From NCBI GenBank assembly GCA_000146465.1, contig CP001945.1: a DNA stretch of 64,000 nucleotides; one strand, 5' to 3'. Shown in pieces: positions 49,385-58,924 of the stretch (its first letter is position 1; every line of letters begins with the position of its first letter). A model generated the notes under the pieces. That model saw only the letters and a program-made list of their open reading frames with translations. It had not been told where the DNA came from and did not search any database. The position numbers and the translations under genes were made by a program.

Positions 49385-51625
49385 ATGAACTCATGTCTCA
49401 AGGATGAATACAGGCGGCAGTTGATGGGAGATTGCAATCAGATGCCTTGCCATAAGGTGTTCTGCAGAGGAGGTCTAAAGGACGAGGTGGTTGAGGCATT
49501 ATCAGAACTGCTTTCAAGGTATGGAGATGTGTTTCTATGCAGAAACATATGCAAAACCATTGATGAAGCTTCTGGAAGAAGCTTAGGAGAAGATGGAGAC
49601 ATAATCCTAGACTTTTTCTTTTGCATAAATGGAATGGGCCCCAAAAGAGGACCTGCTTCGGAAATCAGGACTTGCGAAGATGACGATGGTGCAAGGAAGC
49701 CCCGAACGAAAAACGAAGAAGACAAAGGCGTCTTAAGGCTTGAGGGAGGAATGGAGTCAATGGAATGGGCCAAGAGAAAGTTTAAGAAGAAAGGTGTTCC
49801 TTTGTTCAAAAATAAGACCGGGAATAGATTTGGATGCTTGAAAATCAACGAGATGAAGGATGAGTTTGATGGAGCAGGTCGGCTCGACCACAGTATTTGT
49901 ACTCTTATATCCAGAAAAGAAGAAATCTCAGAGGAGAAAAGATACATTCTTATTGGTGTGCTCCATCTACTTCTCAAGAAGTATGAAAACTCTCTTCATC
50001 TAACTCTTGGAATGATGATTATCAGAATTTATTACTCGATAAGTAGATATGATGATATTGAAGAGATATATTATCCAATATTGTACAAGGTGTTCTGTAA
50101 TATACGTAGTTTGTACAGTGAAATGCTTAAGAAGACTTCGCTCAGTGAAGGCATAGGTTGCGAAGGAGGAAAGATAGACATGAGAGAAGGCCGGGCTATT
50201 TGCCTTTACCTCCCCAGGTTTACAAGGCTTGATCTTTCGATGCTTGTAGACAACATAACTACTACTCTTAATTCTGAGGAGGTGATTGACAGCCGAGAAA
50301 GTAAGAGAGTTGATAATCTCCTAGGAATGCTCCATATGCTATATCTTATAAATGAGGAGTGTGGTTTCCTCAGCTACAAAAAATTCTATCTATCTGCCTT
50401 TTGTTCCCGGATGAACTTCCGTGAGGAATTCAAGCACTTCAGAACAAGGTCGAAGACACCTCTTAATTTTCCCTTTATCCTTCCTGTCCACATCAAGGCA
50501 GAGCTGATTAAGTATGAAAATAACGACAAGATGAAGACATCTTTACAAGATTCCTTTTTTAAGTCTCTATTTGAGGGGCATGTAGATCCATATCTGTTCA
50601 TTACCGTCAATAGAGAAACCGTGTATAGAGATAGCATAGAAATATTCAAGAAGATGAATGTCCTGGATGCTAAGAAGCAGCTTAGAACCACATTCAAAAA
50701 CGAGGAAGGAGTTGACTCCGGAGGAATAAGAAAAGAGTATTTCCAGCTACTGAGCCAGGAAATCAAGGAAGACGAAAGGCTGTTTGAACACACAGAGAAC
50801 CGAATCTGGATCAGGCCCCATAAAGGGGATGAAGAGGAATACGAAGCTATTGGAAGAATAATTGCCATTGCATTTTACAACAACATTGTCTTAAACATTC
50901 CATTTCCAAGCCTATTCTTCAAGAAGCTTCTTGATAGAAAGCCAACCCTCGATGATCTTAGAGAGATATCTTCTGGTATAGCCACATCGCTGAGGAACCT
51001 CAAAAGACTTTCAAAGGATGAAATAAACGGACTAGATCTCCGATTTGTTGCGGAGCATATAGTCGATGGAACTACAAGAATATATCCTCTTGTGAAGAAT
51101 GGAAAAAACATAAAGCTGACATCGGAAAACATGAAACTGTTTATTGAAAAATATATCGAGTTCCATACAGACACTCTTATAAAGCCTCAGTTCGAAGCCA
51201 TTAGGAGAGGATTCTACTCCATAATAGACAGGGACAAAATGGTATACTTGGATCCAAAGGAATTGGAGAAGATAATGATGGGGTCGAATACATTTGACAT
51301 CAAAGCAATAAGATCCACCACCACATACTCCGGATTCCAGGAAGATTCCCCAATCATCACATACTTCTGGGAAATATTCGAGGCTCTGAACAGGAAGAAA
51401 AAGAAAAAGCTTCTTCAGTTCATTACGGGAAACGACAGGATACCTGTCTCCGGCTCTGCATCGCTGAAGCTCATCATAATGAAAAACGGATGCGATACGG
51501 ACAGACTCCCCTCCTCGCAAACATGTTTCAACACACTTCTACTCCCCGAGTATTCATCCAAAAGGAAGTTGGAGAAAAAACTTGAAACTGCACTAGAGCT
51601 CACTGCAGGATTCTTCCTTCTCTGA
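49385..51625 (+). CDS. HECT-domain E3 ubiquitin-protein ligase
   Basis: C-terminal HECT domain with the catalytic Cys region ...LPSSQTCFNTLLLPEYSSKRKLEKKLETALELTAGFFLL. Confidence 0.85.
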   Translation: MNSCLKDEYRRQLMGDCNQMPCHKVFCRGGLKDEVVEALSELLSRYGDVFLCRNICKTIDEASGRSLGEDGDIILDFFFCINGMGPKRGPASEIRTCEDDDGARKPRTKNEEDKGVLRLEGGMESMEWAKRKFKKKGVPLFKNKTGNRFGCLKINEMKDEFDGAGRLDHSICTLISRKEEISEEKRYILIGVLHLLLKKYENSLHLTLGMMIIRIYYSISRYDDIEEIYYPILYKVFCNIRSLYSEMLKKTSLSEGIGCEGGKIDMREGRAICLYLPRFTRLDLSMLVDNITTTLNSEEVIDSRESKRVDNLLGMLHMLYLINEECGFLSYKKFYLSAFCSRMNFREEFKHFRTRSKTPLNFPFILPVHIKAELIKYENNDKMKTSLQDSFFKSLFEGHVDPYLFITVNRETVYRDSIEIFKKMNVLDAKKQLRTTFKNEEGVDSGGIRKEYFQLLSQEIKEDERLFEHTENRIWIRPHKGDEEEYEAIGRIIAIAFYNNIVLNIPFPSLFFKKLLDRKPTLDDLREISSGIATSLRNLKRLSKDEINGLDLRFVAEHIVDGTTRIYPLVKNGKNIKLTSENMKLFIEKYIEFHTDTLIKPQFEAIRRGFYSIIDRDKMVYLDPKELEKIMMGSNTFDIKAIRSTTTYSGFQEDSPIITYFWEIFEALNRKKKKKLLQFITGNDRIPVSGSASLKLIIMKNGCDTDRLPSSQTCFNTLLLPEYSSKRKLEKKLETALELTAGFFLL

Positions 51626-51640
51626 AAATAAATTATCATA

Positions 51641-52063
51641 TCATCTCCGCTTCCCAAGGAACAAGGTTTCCTCCCCTCCATCACTGCTAAAGTCGAGATT
51701 GATTGCAGGATCAATTGGTCTATGTATCTTTCTACCTGCATATAGATTCTCCTTTATATTCCTTCGAAGCCCACTACACCGGAATTCTTCAAGGAATGCA
51801 GCCTCGTCTTCTCCTAGACTTATTCCAAACCCCTCTTCTTCTTCAACACCTATTCTCGAAACTCCTTTACATTCGTAGAACACTCCACGACGGCCCCCGT
51901 ATAAAGACAAAGTCACCTTGTCGCTTCCCACACTGTACTCATAAAGATGTTTATTATTATTCTCCCATAATTCGCTTCTCTTCGAGATCCTCACAAACAC
52001 CATCTTCGATCCTTTGGTACCAGAATTACTCATCTTCTTGGAGTAAAGGACTTTGTTTTTCAT
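51641..52063 (-). CDS. Hypothetical protein (140 aa)
   Basis: ATG at 52063. No family recognised. Confidence 0.4.
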   Translation of the reverse strand: MKNKVLYSKKMSNSGTKGSKMVFVRISKRSELWENNNKHLYEYSVGSDKVTLSLYGGRRGVFYECKGVSRIGVEEEEGFGISLGEDEAAFLEEFRCSGLRRNIKENLYAGRKIHRPIDPAINLDFSSDGGEETLFLGKRR

Positions 52064-52129
52064 TCTGATTCCAAACTCCTACACCAAAATAAACTTCAAA
52101 TCCATTAAATCGGGATGCAAATCCCTTGG

Positions 52130-52978
52130 TCACTCGTCTGGGGGAACATACTTCTCCACATCCCTTTTTTTCTTTTCCTCTCTTTTTTTCTTTCTTTCTC
52201 TGCTGCTTTCTCTTTCTTCAAAATCAAAGTCTCCATCAACAAAGTATTCCCCAGTCTCCATCTCAATGTCCTCTTTTCTCTTGGGAACATCCAGGGGCAT
52301 ATTTCCACTGGGTCTTCCAACAACTTTCTTCTTTGACTTCTTGTTGCTCTTCTTGATCTTTGGAAGAAAACGGCTCCAATCCTCTCCTTCTTTGCTTTTG
52401 TCTTCTTCCAGCTTTCTTTTTTCAATAAGACTCCTAATCTGATACATCGGATGAATGTTGTTCATACAATCAACAACAATCTTCTTCACCTCTTCAATTC
52501 CCTTGAAACTACCTATAATGCTTACTGTCTTTCCATGAACAAGAACATGGCATTTTGTTAGTATCTGGATAGCTTTCAAAGTCATTTCTTTTGGCCCTAT
52601 CAGCCTATCCCTCCGCTTTTCAAATACCTTTTCTGAGCTTGCCATCTTCTTAATGTCAACCACCTCGCAGAAGTACTCGTCTTCCAACACCTTCATTGCT
52701 TCCTCAATTCCAACTCCCCGGCTCACAAGCTTAACAAAGTTAACCGCCTTAACAAATATAAACGGGTCTCTTGTACTTCTGTTTGTCATTACGTCGATCG
52801 TTCTTTCTCCCATGTCGATCTTACAAGATATCTTCTTCGCCTCTAATGCCTTTTCTATGTATTTCTGTGTCTGTTCAATGTATTTTTCCCTGTACTTCGG
52901 AAACATCACGGTTTCTGAACTCATCTCGGCAAACTCATGCTTGAAGTCGTCCTCACAAAACTTGACTCCATCCTCCAT
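52130..52978 (-). CDS. KRR1: KRR1 small-subunit processome component (KH domain)
   Basis: MFPKYREKYIEQ...DPFIFVKAVNFVKLVSRGV...KRRDRLIGPKEMTLKAIQILTKCHVLVHGKTVSIIGSFKGIEEVKKIVVDCMNNIHPMYQIRSLIEKR...WSRFLP is collinear with KRR1. The C-terminal K/E-rich tail is the purine-rich tract at 52130-52360. The track ORF starts on TTG; ATG at 52978. Confidence 0.88.
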   Translation of the reverse strand: MEDGVKFCEDDFKHEFAEMSSETVMFPKYREKYIEQTQKYIEKALEAKKISCKIDMGERTIDVMTNRSTRDPFIFVKAVNFVKLVSRGVGIEEAMKVLEDEYFCEVVDIKKMASSEKVFEKRRDRLIGPKEMTLKAIQILTKCHVLVHGKTVSIIGSFKGIEEVKKIVVDCMNNIHPMYQIRSLIEKRKLEEDKSKEGEDWSRFLPKIKKSNKKSKKKVVGRPSGNMPLDVPKRKEDIEMETGEYFVDGDFDFEERESSRERKKKREEKKKRDVEKYVPPDE

Positions 52979-53005
52979 CCAGGGCCCCAATTCTTAGCTT
53001 TTCAC

Positions 53006-53740
53006 CTATACAAATTTCTGTATCCTCTCCCTCTTCTTTCTTCCAACCACCTCGACAAAGCTATCTTCTACTGTCTTTTCTCCTTGTGACGCCTCCACAC
53101 CCTTCCAAACTCTTCTGGGCCCCCGAACAATACACCTTCTGGGCTCTGGGAGTATCCTAGTCCTCTCAATTCCCACCCTCACCAGCTTTGCAATTTCTTC
53201 CCATAATTTTTTAATGATTTCGCTCTGGAGGTTTAACATCTCATCGATAGATTCGTAGACATTGCACATGTGTTTGTACCACTTTTGAACATCTATATCC
53301 CCCCTTTCCCATGCATCAGGACATAAAAAACCTCCCGTGTATTCATATCCAAAAATATATGAGAAATACATCTTATCTTCGTCGAAATCTTCTCCCTTCC
53401 GGAAGTATCTATGGAAGTAGATGTGTGAGTTCACGTACTCTCTTTTCTGGAATCCAAAAGTAAATAAAATATCTTCGAGATCTCTTCTTTTCATCTTCAC
53501 CATCTTAGAACCGTCCAAGGCATCTGGAACTCCTACTTTTCCGCACACTTCAAATGCTCGTCCATCTTCAACCCATTTCAGCACCTTGTTCCTGTCGTTC
53601 TCGAGTTTCCCATGGATAAATCTTACTACAGATAGATAATAGATGTACTTTTCTCTCCTCCCATCAATATCCTTCCTCATCCAAAAATCCTCAGAAGGGA
53701 TATCAATGTCTATCTTTTCTCCTGAAAACAGAAAATCCAT
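53006..53740 (-). CDS. Divergent HSF-type DNA-binding-domain protein (paralog)
   Basis: YLSVVRF...VLKWVEDGRAFEV...DLEDILFTFGFQKRE...YFRKGEDF follows the HSF DBD pattern (I.W...G..F.V...F.R.LN.YGF.K...F.KG.D). A coiled-coil and a K/R-rich tail follow. Confidence 0.5.
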   Translation of the reverse strand: MDFLFSGEKIDIDIPSEDFWMRKDIDGRREKYIYYLSVVRFIHGKLENDRNKVLKWVEDGRAFEVCGKVGVPDALDGSKMVKMKRRDLEDILFTFGFQKREYVNSHIYFHRYFRKGEDFDEDKMYFSYIFGYEYTGGFLCPDAWERGDIDVQKWYKHMCNVYESIDEMLNLQSEIIKKLWEEIAKLVRVGIERTRILPEPRRCIVRGPRRVWKGVEASQGEKTVEDSFVEVVGRKKRERIQKFV

Positions 53741-53755
53741 GTAGCATTTGTAGAT

Positions 53756-54505
53756 TTATTGAAAGTCTTGGACAATATCATTGAACTTATGCCTTTTCAC
53801 CTTCAGGTTCACAGTTATTCCCGAAGTCTTCTTGACTTTCTCCTTCTCCTTTTTCTTCGGAGGGGACTTTTGGGGAACCTTGGGAACCTCCAAATCTCCA
53901 ACCTCATCGAGGAATCCAAACGAGCAGTTTGCATTGTCTTGGAAATATCTCTTTGCCCATTCTAACATCGATTCCTCAAACTCAATCTTGTTACTTGGAT
54001 CGTAATTTATGCTTTTAAATTCATGATACGGCTTCAATGTCTTCATGTGCGAGCACAAAGAAAACAGAGAATCCCGAAGTTTTGAAATCTTTTTCTCGTT
54101 TTCTCTAAGTCTTCCAATCATTTGAGGAACCTCGCTCATCATGATGCGGATGTTCTCATTCATCGAATCGATCTCTTCCTTAGGTATCTCCCTGTCGCTT
54201 TTATGGTTCACCTTGTATATCATACCAAGGAAATTCTTCTTCTGCCTTTGGAAAAATTTGTTATAATACTTCAGTCCAGATCTTCCAATCTTCTTGAATC
54301 CATAGCTCTCCAGAAGCCTTTTAAATTCTTCTATTCCAGTACAAAATCCAAAAAACGGCCCGGTAATAAATCTAAACATCCCGGGGTTCCTTATAACAAT
54401 GCATCGTCCGCTTTTACTCCATTCAATTGCTGTGAAACGAGTACTGTCCACCATCTCATATAGTATCTCTATTTCCTTTTCTACGGACTTTGATTTCCCA
54501 ACCAT
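53756..54505 (-). CDS. HSF-type DNA-binding-domain protein (paralog)
   Basis: ILYEMVDSTRFTAIEWSKSGRCIVIRNPGMF...EEFKRLLESYGFKKIG...FFQRQKKNFL matches the HSF DBD. A coiled-coil (IGRLRENEKKISKLRDSL) and a K-rich C-terminus follow. Confidence 0.6.
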   Translation of the reverse strand: MVGKSKSVEKEIEILYEMVDSTRFTAIEWSKSGRCIVIRNPGMFRFITGPFFGFCTGIEEFKRLLESYGFKKIGRSGLKYYNKFFQRQKKNFLGMIYKVNHKSDREIPKEEIDSMNENIRIMMSEVPQMIGRLRENEKKISKLRDSLFSLCSHMKTLKPYHEFKSINYDPSNKIEFEESMLEWAKRYFQDNANCSFGFLDEVGDLEVPKVPQKSPPKKKEKEKVKKTSGITVNLKVKRHKFNDIVQDFQ

Positions 54506-54525
54506 TCTTTCAAGGACTTTTCAGA

Positions 54526-55569
54526 CTAAACATTTTTGGCTTTCCTGGACTTTGAATCTACATACTTCACTCCATCCTTAAAAAGGCGGAAAAGCATCTT
54601 ATACACACTGTTCTGAGACAGCCCACACAGCTCAATTTCAAAACTGCTCGAGATGGTAATCTGGGCTCTCTTCCTGGCCGTCCCATCTCTGGAATCTAGC
54701 CGTCTCGACATCTTCCTTATAAACACTTCAAAGATTATTTTGTATTCCTTGCTTATCTCCAGACTGCAAAGCCTCTCCAGCACTCTAATCGACTTGTCAA
54801 ATCTCCCGTGCTTCATCCATGCCAAGCACACAAGAAACTCATCCCACATGGTCTCTCTCCTTTCTTCAACTCCTAGGATCTTTCCAAGGCGATGCAGAAC
54901 ACCTTGGGAATACCGGTCTCTCTTTTCTAATTCTTCTCCAAGAAACTTCCTTGTAAACTTGAAGTATCGTACAAGACAAGGATACATGGAGGATAGTTCC
55001 ACAAGCTTGGGCAACGCCAGTCTCCCAAAATACTCTTCTGGTGCATTCCTTCGCACATTTTCAAATAGATCCAGATCCCCAACCCCGAAATCCTTTTCAT
55101 AGGCCCTGTACCTTGGAGATTGTAAGATAAGCGCTTGTAGGGCATCCCTGCGATATTTACTCTTTGTCCTGTATACGTGGTAAAATACAATATCGTTGTT
55201 CTTAAAGAATCTCGAAAACACACACACATATCTTACTGCAAGATCACTGATTCTTGGGTCTGTAGAGTAGAACATATGGAGGATGTTTGTGTCCACCTCC
55301 TCCACATGCTTACTAACCTTCTCGAGATACTTCAGTGCTAGGGATTTGGCAATCCGATTCTTTGCATGGAATAACTGCCCCATCTTCCTGATTCCACCCC
55401 TTATGACCTCTTTTTGCGAGGTGGACTTTATGATCCTCTTCAAATTCGACAGACCTACCTCGATATCAGAATAAGAGGAATCTGGAGAAATATCTATCTT
55501 TAGGAGCTTCTTCAAATGTGTGTTCGGCTTCATGAAATGGGTTTTAGAAGAAGGGATTAAATAAGACAT
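54526..55569 (-). CDS. Hypothetical helical protein (347 aa)
   Basis: The track ORF starts on TTG; ATG at 55569. All-alpha. No confident family. Confidence 0.45.
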   Translation of the reverse strand: MSYLIPSSKTHFMKPNTHLKKLLKIDISPDSSYSDIEVGLSNLKRIIKSTSQKEVIRGGIRKMGQLFHAKNRIAKSLALKYLEKVSKHVEEVDTNILHMFYSTDPRISDLAVRYVCVFSRFFKNNDIVFYHVYRTKSKYRRDALQALILQSPRYRAYEKDFGVGDLDLFENVRRNAPEEYFGRLALPKLVELSSMYPCLVRYFKFTRKFLGEELEKRDRYSQGVLHRLGKILGVEERRETMWDEFLVCLAWMKHGRFDKSIRVLERLCSLEISKEYKIIFEVFIRKMSRRLDSRDGTARKRAQITISSSFEIELCGLSQNSVYKMLFRLFKDGVKYVDSKSRKAKNV

Positions 55570-55758
55570 TAACAAATCGATGCTTTCAGAGTAACTATGA
55601 CAACTGGCATTACAAAATGCTGGTTAGTGCCTCATCATTAAGCATTGTCAGAAGATTCCTCCGCCAAGCTCCCGAGGAAACTGGTACTCGGAGGATATCC
55701 TCTGCTAGGGGCTATGGAAAGACCTATTTAATAAAAGTAATTTTCTCTTGGCAAGCCC

Positions 55759-56247
55759 ATGTCCATAGAGAACAAGCCATTCAGTTTTACATATATTATC
55801 CGTAACTTTCATAGAATAATTTCCAAGGGAAAGGATGGAGCAGCATGGAGTCCTTGCGGGAGAGAAGTTATAATTACAGACTCTGCCAAGTTCCAACGGT
55901 TCCTCGAGAAATTGTCAAGAAAAAAAAAAGGCTCGAAGCTAGACTACCTGAAAAGAAATGGCTTTATTCGGGGAAAGACAATGAACCAGAAATCGGTTTT
56001 CTCCCATCCATGGTTTGTAAGAGGGCAGAAAGATCTCCTGAAGAACTTCACGCTCAAAAACTCCTTCTGTTGGTCACAGGGGATACAGATGGGAAGCCAT
56101 GGAGAACCTGATGACCCACTGGACTCATTGAAGCTAGGGTTGTTTGATTTGGGAAGAACATTGTTCAATCTCCGGAACAGTTGTTTAGATTTGAATTCGC
56201 ATATTCAGCTTCTTTTTAATATGGCTAAGTCTAAATCATGTGAGTAA
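55759..56247 (+). CDS. HSF-type DNA-binding-domain protein (short paralog)
   Basis: AAWSPCGREVIITDSAKFQRFL...LDYLKRNGFIRGK...VFSHPWFVRGQKDLLKNF matches the HSF DBD C-terminal half including the F.HP.F..GQ.DLL.NI signature. ATG at 55759, preceded by CCC. Confidence 0.6.
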   Translation: MSIENKPFSFTYIIRNFHRIISKGKDGAAWSPCGREVIITDSAKFQRFLEKLSRKKKGSKLDYLKRNGFIRGKTMNQKSVFSHPWFVRGQKDLLKNFTLKNSFCWSQGIQMGSHGEPDDPLDSLKLGLFDLGRTLFNLRNSCLDLNSHIQLLFNMAKSKSCE

Positions 56248-56305
56248 CTGGAACAGTGAGTTTTGACGATGGTGGGGGATTTAACCCTTTGTGAAGAGTG
56301 AAGGG

Positions 56306-56956
56306 ATGAAAAGCAGAGAGAGGGTTTTGGAGGACATAAGAAACAGATTGAGGACACTGCTGTCGAGCAGGAAGTGCATAGGCATGGAAAGCATAAGAGA
56401 TGACTTTTTTTTTATGATAACAAATCCTAAAATCTTCGACGAGCTAGTGATGGAACCGGTCTTTTCTTGCAATAAATATTGGGAGTTTAAGAGACTAATG
56501 TATCTTTGTGGATATTCGCATATCAATAGATGTATGTTCATGAAGGGAGGAGAAAAGGAAGGCCGAGCCCCTAGTATACTTCTTAAGAGGCCTGAAGAAA
56601 AGGATCTTTTGCGTTTTGAAGAAGCCTTGGAAGATCTGCGGAAAAAGTATTTAGATCTTGAAGAGATTCTGGACGATGTATGGGACAGACTGGATAATAT
56701 AGATGGTGCTCTTGAAAGATCCATGGGAGCAATACGGGATGTATTTAACAAAGGAGCAGAAGTCTCAGGAGTTGATCTCCAAGAAATAAATGGACTTGTT
56801 GATTCACTAATGAAATATGATGAGTCGGAGTCCATGGATACATTCAGCGAGGGAGCAACTCCGGAAGAATCCGATATAGAAGCATTTTCGTCCTCCTCAG
56901 AGGAGGGCCACACAAAGGTGTTGGAAAATAAAGAAAAGAAGATCAGTTTCTTTTAG
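56306..56956 (+). CDS. HSF-like protein (divergent DBD + coiled coil + acidic tail)
   Basis: IFDELVMEPVFSCNKYWEFKRLMYLCGYSHI...FMKGG resembles HSF helix-3 and wing (F..EVLPKYFKH.N..SFVRQLN.YGF...F.KG). A coiled coil (LRFEEALEDLRKKYLDLEEILDDVWDRLDNIDGALERSM) and an acidic C-terminus follow. The track ORF starts on GTG; ATG at 56306. Confidence 0.45.
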   Translation: MKSRERVLEDIRNRLRTLLSSRKCIGMESIRDDFFFMITNPKIFDELVMEPVFSCNKYWEFKRLMYLCGYSHINRCMFMKGGEKEGRAPSILLKRPEEKDLLRFEEALEDLRKKYLDLEEILDDVWDRLDNIDGALERSMGAIRDVFNKGAEVSGVDLQEINGLVDSLMKYDESESMDTFSEGATPEESDIEAFSSSSEEGHTKVLENKEKKISFF

Positions 56957-57001
56957 GAAACCTTGGGTAGACTAAAAGCTTTACTTTGGATGGTTTGGGT
57001 A

Positions 57002-57958
57002 TTAAAGATGCTTTTTCTCCCCTGTTTGCTTTTGTGTTTTTGTGTCAAATGCTTCCAGCGCTATAGATCCTAGCACCCCAAGTATTGAGAGGGCTTGTAT
57101 CTTTTTGATCTTGTGGCCAAACACAATTAATGACAAAAGGATCGAAAACATCTTTCTTGTAAGGTTGACTTTAGTAAGGGTTAGAGAACCATGGGATTGT
57201 ATCATTGAGTAGATTACAATCTGGCCAAAGATGTTGAATGTGGAGTACAGAAGAAGATCTGGTGCAACCTCTGGTGTTGCCTTTATGAATGCAATGGAAT
57301 ATCTAAGGTTATCTGTAAGGAGGATTACCGTGAAAGAGATTAGGAATCTGAATAGATTGGTGTAGTACATCATATGAAAGGATGAGGCCTGGAACTTCCT
57401 AAAGATGTGGTCCTGGGTCGAATTGATGATTCCATCGGCAAGAAGACTTGTAGTGAGAACTAAAATTCCAATGAGGCTGAGTCTAGATCCCGAGGAATTC
57501 TTTCCATCGAAGTACGAAAAAGAAAGAACAGATATGGATATCAGACACAAGGAAAAATACTTCCTACGGGTTAGTGTTCTTCTGTATATGAGAAAGTTCA
57601 TCAGGGCAATGGGGAGAAGCTTGCAGGACTTTGCTATTATCAATGTCGGATAGCTAATGTACCTAAGTGAGAGAAACCCTAGTTGGGCAGATATTAGACT
57701 TAGAGACGCTAGATAAGCATAATGGAATAGTATAGCTCTCCCAAGTCCTCCTTCAACTCCTTTGCAACTCATCATCACTCTTCCTATCACAATCCCTCCT
57801 AGACTCTGCAGTACCAATGGAAACAGGACCGATTCGTACCTCCGGCCATGGTATGTTGTAGTTGTTAGCTTTTCTCCATAGATTCCAAACACAAGGAAGA
57901 ATGCATATATCCCTACAACATGAAGCATTAAGCTGACGTGCTTGTTCAGAGATCCCAT
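57002..57958 (-). CDS. Nucleotide-sugar transporter-like protein (SLC35/UAA family-like, about 9-10 TM)
   Basis: 318 aa polytopic. N-terminal VVGIYAFFLVFGIYGEKLT resembles the SLC35B/HUT1 GI..G..QEK motif. The family assignment is moderately confident. Confidence 0.5.
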   Translation of the reverse strand: MGSLNKHVSLMLHVVGIYAFFLVFGIYGEKLTTTTYHGRRYESVLFPLVLQSLGGIVIGRVMMSCKGVEGGLGRAILFHYAYLASLSLISAQLGFLSLRYISYPTLIIAKSCKLLPIALMNFLIYRRTLTRRKYFSLCLISISVLSFSYFDGKNSSGSRLSLIGILVLTTSLLADGIINSTQDHIFRKFQASSFHMMYYTNLFRFLISFTVILLTDNLRYSIAFIKATPEVAPDLLLYSTFNIFGQIVIYSMIQSHGSLTLTKVNLTRKMFSILLSLIVFGHKIKKIQALSILGVLGSIALEAFDTKTQKQTGEKKHL

Positions 57959-58019
57959 GGGCTTAAGATCGAATCTTCACAAATCAAAAAGCATTCCATT
58001 AAAATTTGTTTATCTACCC

Positions 58020-58277
58020 ATGGAGTTCAAGGCTTCTTTGAGACTGCCATGCGAGAGCCCTGAGATTGTTGCAACAGCTATACGATGCGAGGATAGCGAT
58101 TGCGACATGCCGGAGGAAACATATTCTCATGAAGATGGGTACTTAGTTGTGAATGTTTCTGCAGCCAAGATAAAAGATCTTTCCAAATCACTCAACTCGT
58201 TGTTGTCAAGGTTCAAGCTGTCTGTCGAAAGCATAGAGATGTGCAAAAAGCTTGGAGGCAGGAAGGAAGTGGGGTAG
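58020..58277 (+). CDS. Small protein, possibly a Pcc1/LAGE3-like KEOPS subunit
   Basis: The track ORF starts at 57942 and overlaps the upstream divergent gene; the first ATG is at 58020 (MEFKASLRLPCESPEIVATAIRCED...VVNVSAAKIKDLSKSLNSLLSRFKLSVESI). The pattern of alternating hydrophobics and the R/K-S-x-N-S-hydrophobic segment resemble Pcc1. This is an inference. Confidence 0.35.
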   Translation: MEFKASLRLPCESPEIVATAIRCEDSDCDMPEETYSHEDGYLVVNVSAAKIKDLSKSLNSLLSRFKLSVESIEMCKKLGGRKEVG

Positions 58278-58359
58278 AAGGTCCTATGCAGTATTTCCAA
58301 AATAAATTGAATTTAATATTTTTATGTTCCATGGCAGATGTACTTTCTTTTCTAGGACC

Positions 58360-58887
58360 TCATGATTCCCCGGAAAACAAGGCTTCGAGACGGTTGAGCT
58401 CGTTCTCATCAGCCTCTGTTCTAAACTCGCTATACATGGGAACCTTTTGAAGATCCGCACTTATGCATAGCCTTCCTCCTTTGCAAGTGACAGCAGGGAT
58501 TTTTCGCTCCACGCCAATGAGATCTGTAATTTCCGGACAGTTGCTTGCTAGTATGTAATGGTTTTTGTTCGACTTCCTCATAACTCTTCTCAAACAGCTC
58601 AGTGGATCTCTCACCTCTTTGTGATTACAATGTAATATCTCTAAATACTTTGAAATTCCTCTCTTGTGGTCCTTTCCAATCTCTTTAAGCTTCTTGTAGA
58701 CACACTTAGTTATGAAAAGCTTTGGCTGGGACTTAAACAAGTCGTTTATGTGTCTTAGGCCTAAGAAGTATCTGTTCAGTGCTGAAACGAAGTTACACTC
58801 CACAATAATTTGGTAGGGGATTCTGTATCCAATTTTCGGCAGCAGCTTCACTATTTTTTTACTGTTTCTGTTTATTTTTGCATCCAT
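58360..58887 (-). CDS. PIN-domain rRNA-processing protein (FCF1/UTP23 family)
   Basis: [17 protein letters not shown]...[32 protein letters not shown]...[33 protein letters not shown] is collinear with Fcf1 (FVDTNFINFSI...CITDCVMAELEKLG...PCTHKGTYADDC...[25 protein letters not shown]). The track ORF starts on TTG at 58938; ATG at 58887. Confidence 0.7.
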   Translation of the reverse strand: MDAKINRNSKKIVKLLPKIGYRIPYQIIVECNFVSALNRYFLGLRHINDLFKSQPKLFITKCVYKKLKEIGKDHKRGISKYLEILHCNHKEVRDPLSCLRRVMRKSNKNHYILASNCPEITDLIGVERKIPAVTCKGGRLCISADLQKVPMYSEFRTEADENELNRLEALFSGES

Positions 58888-58924
58888 TGCCTGTGGGTTA
58901 AATTCCTGGAAAAAAAGACCCACA

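Noticed and set aside
52100-52360. Purine-rich (GAA/AAG) repetitive tract resembling a microsatellite
   Set aside because: It is the in-frame K/E-rich C-terminal tail of KRR1, which is typical of that protein. It is coding low complexity, not a repeat element.
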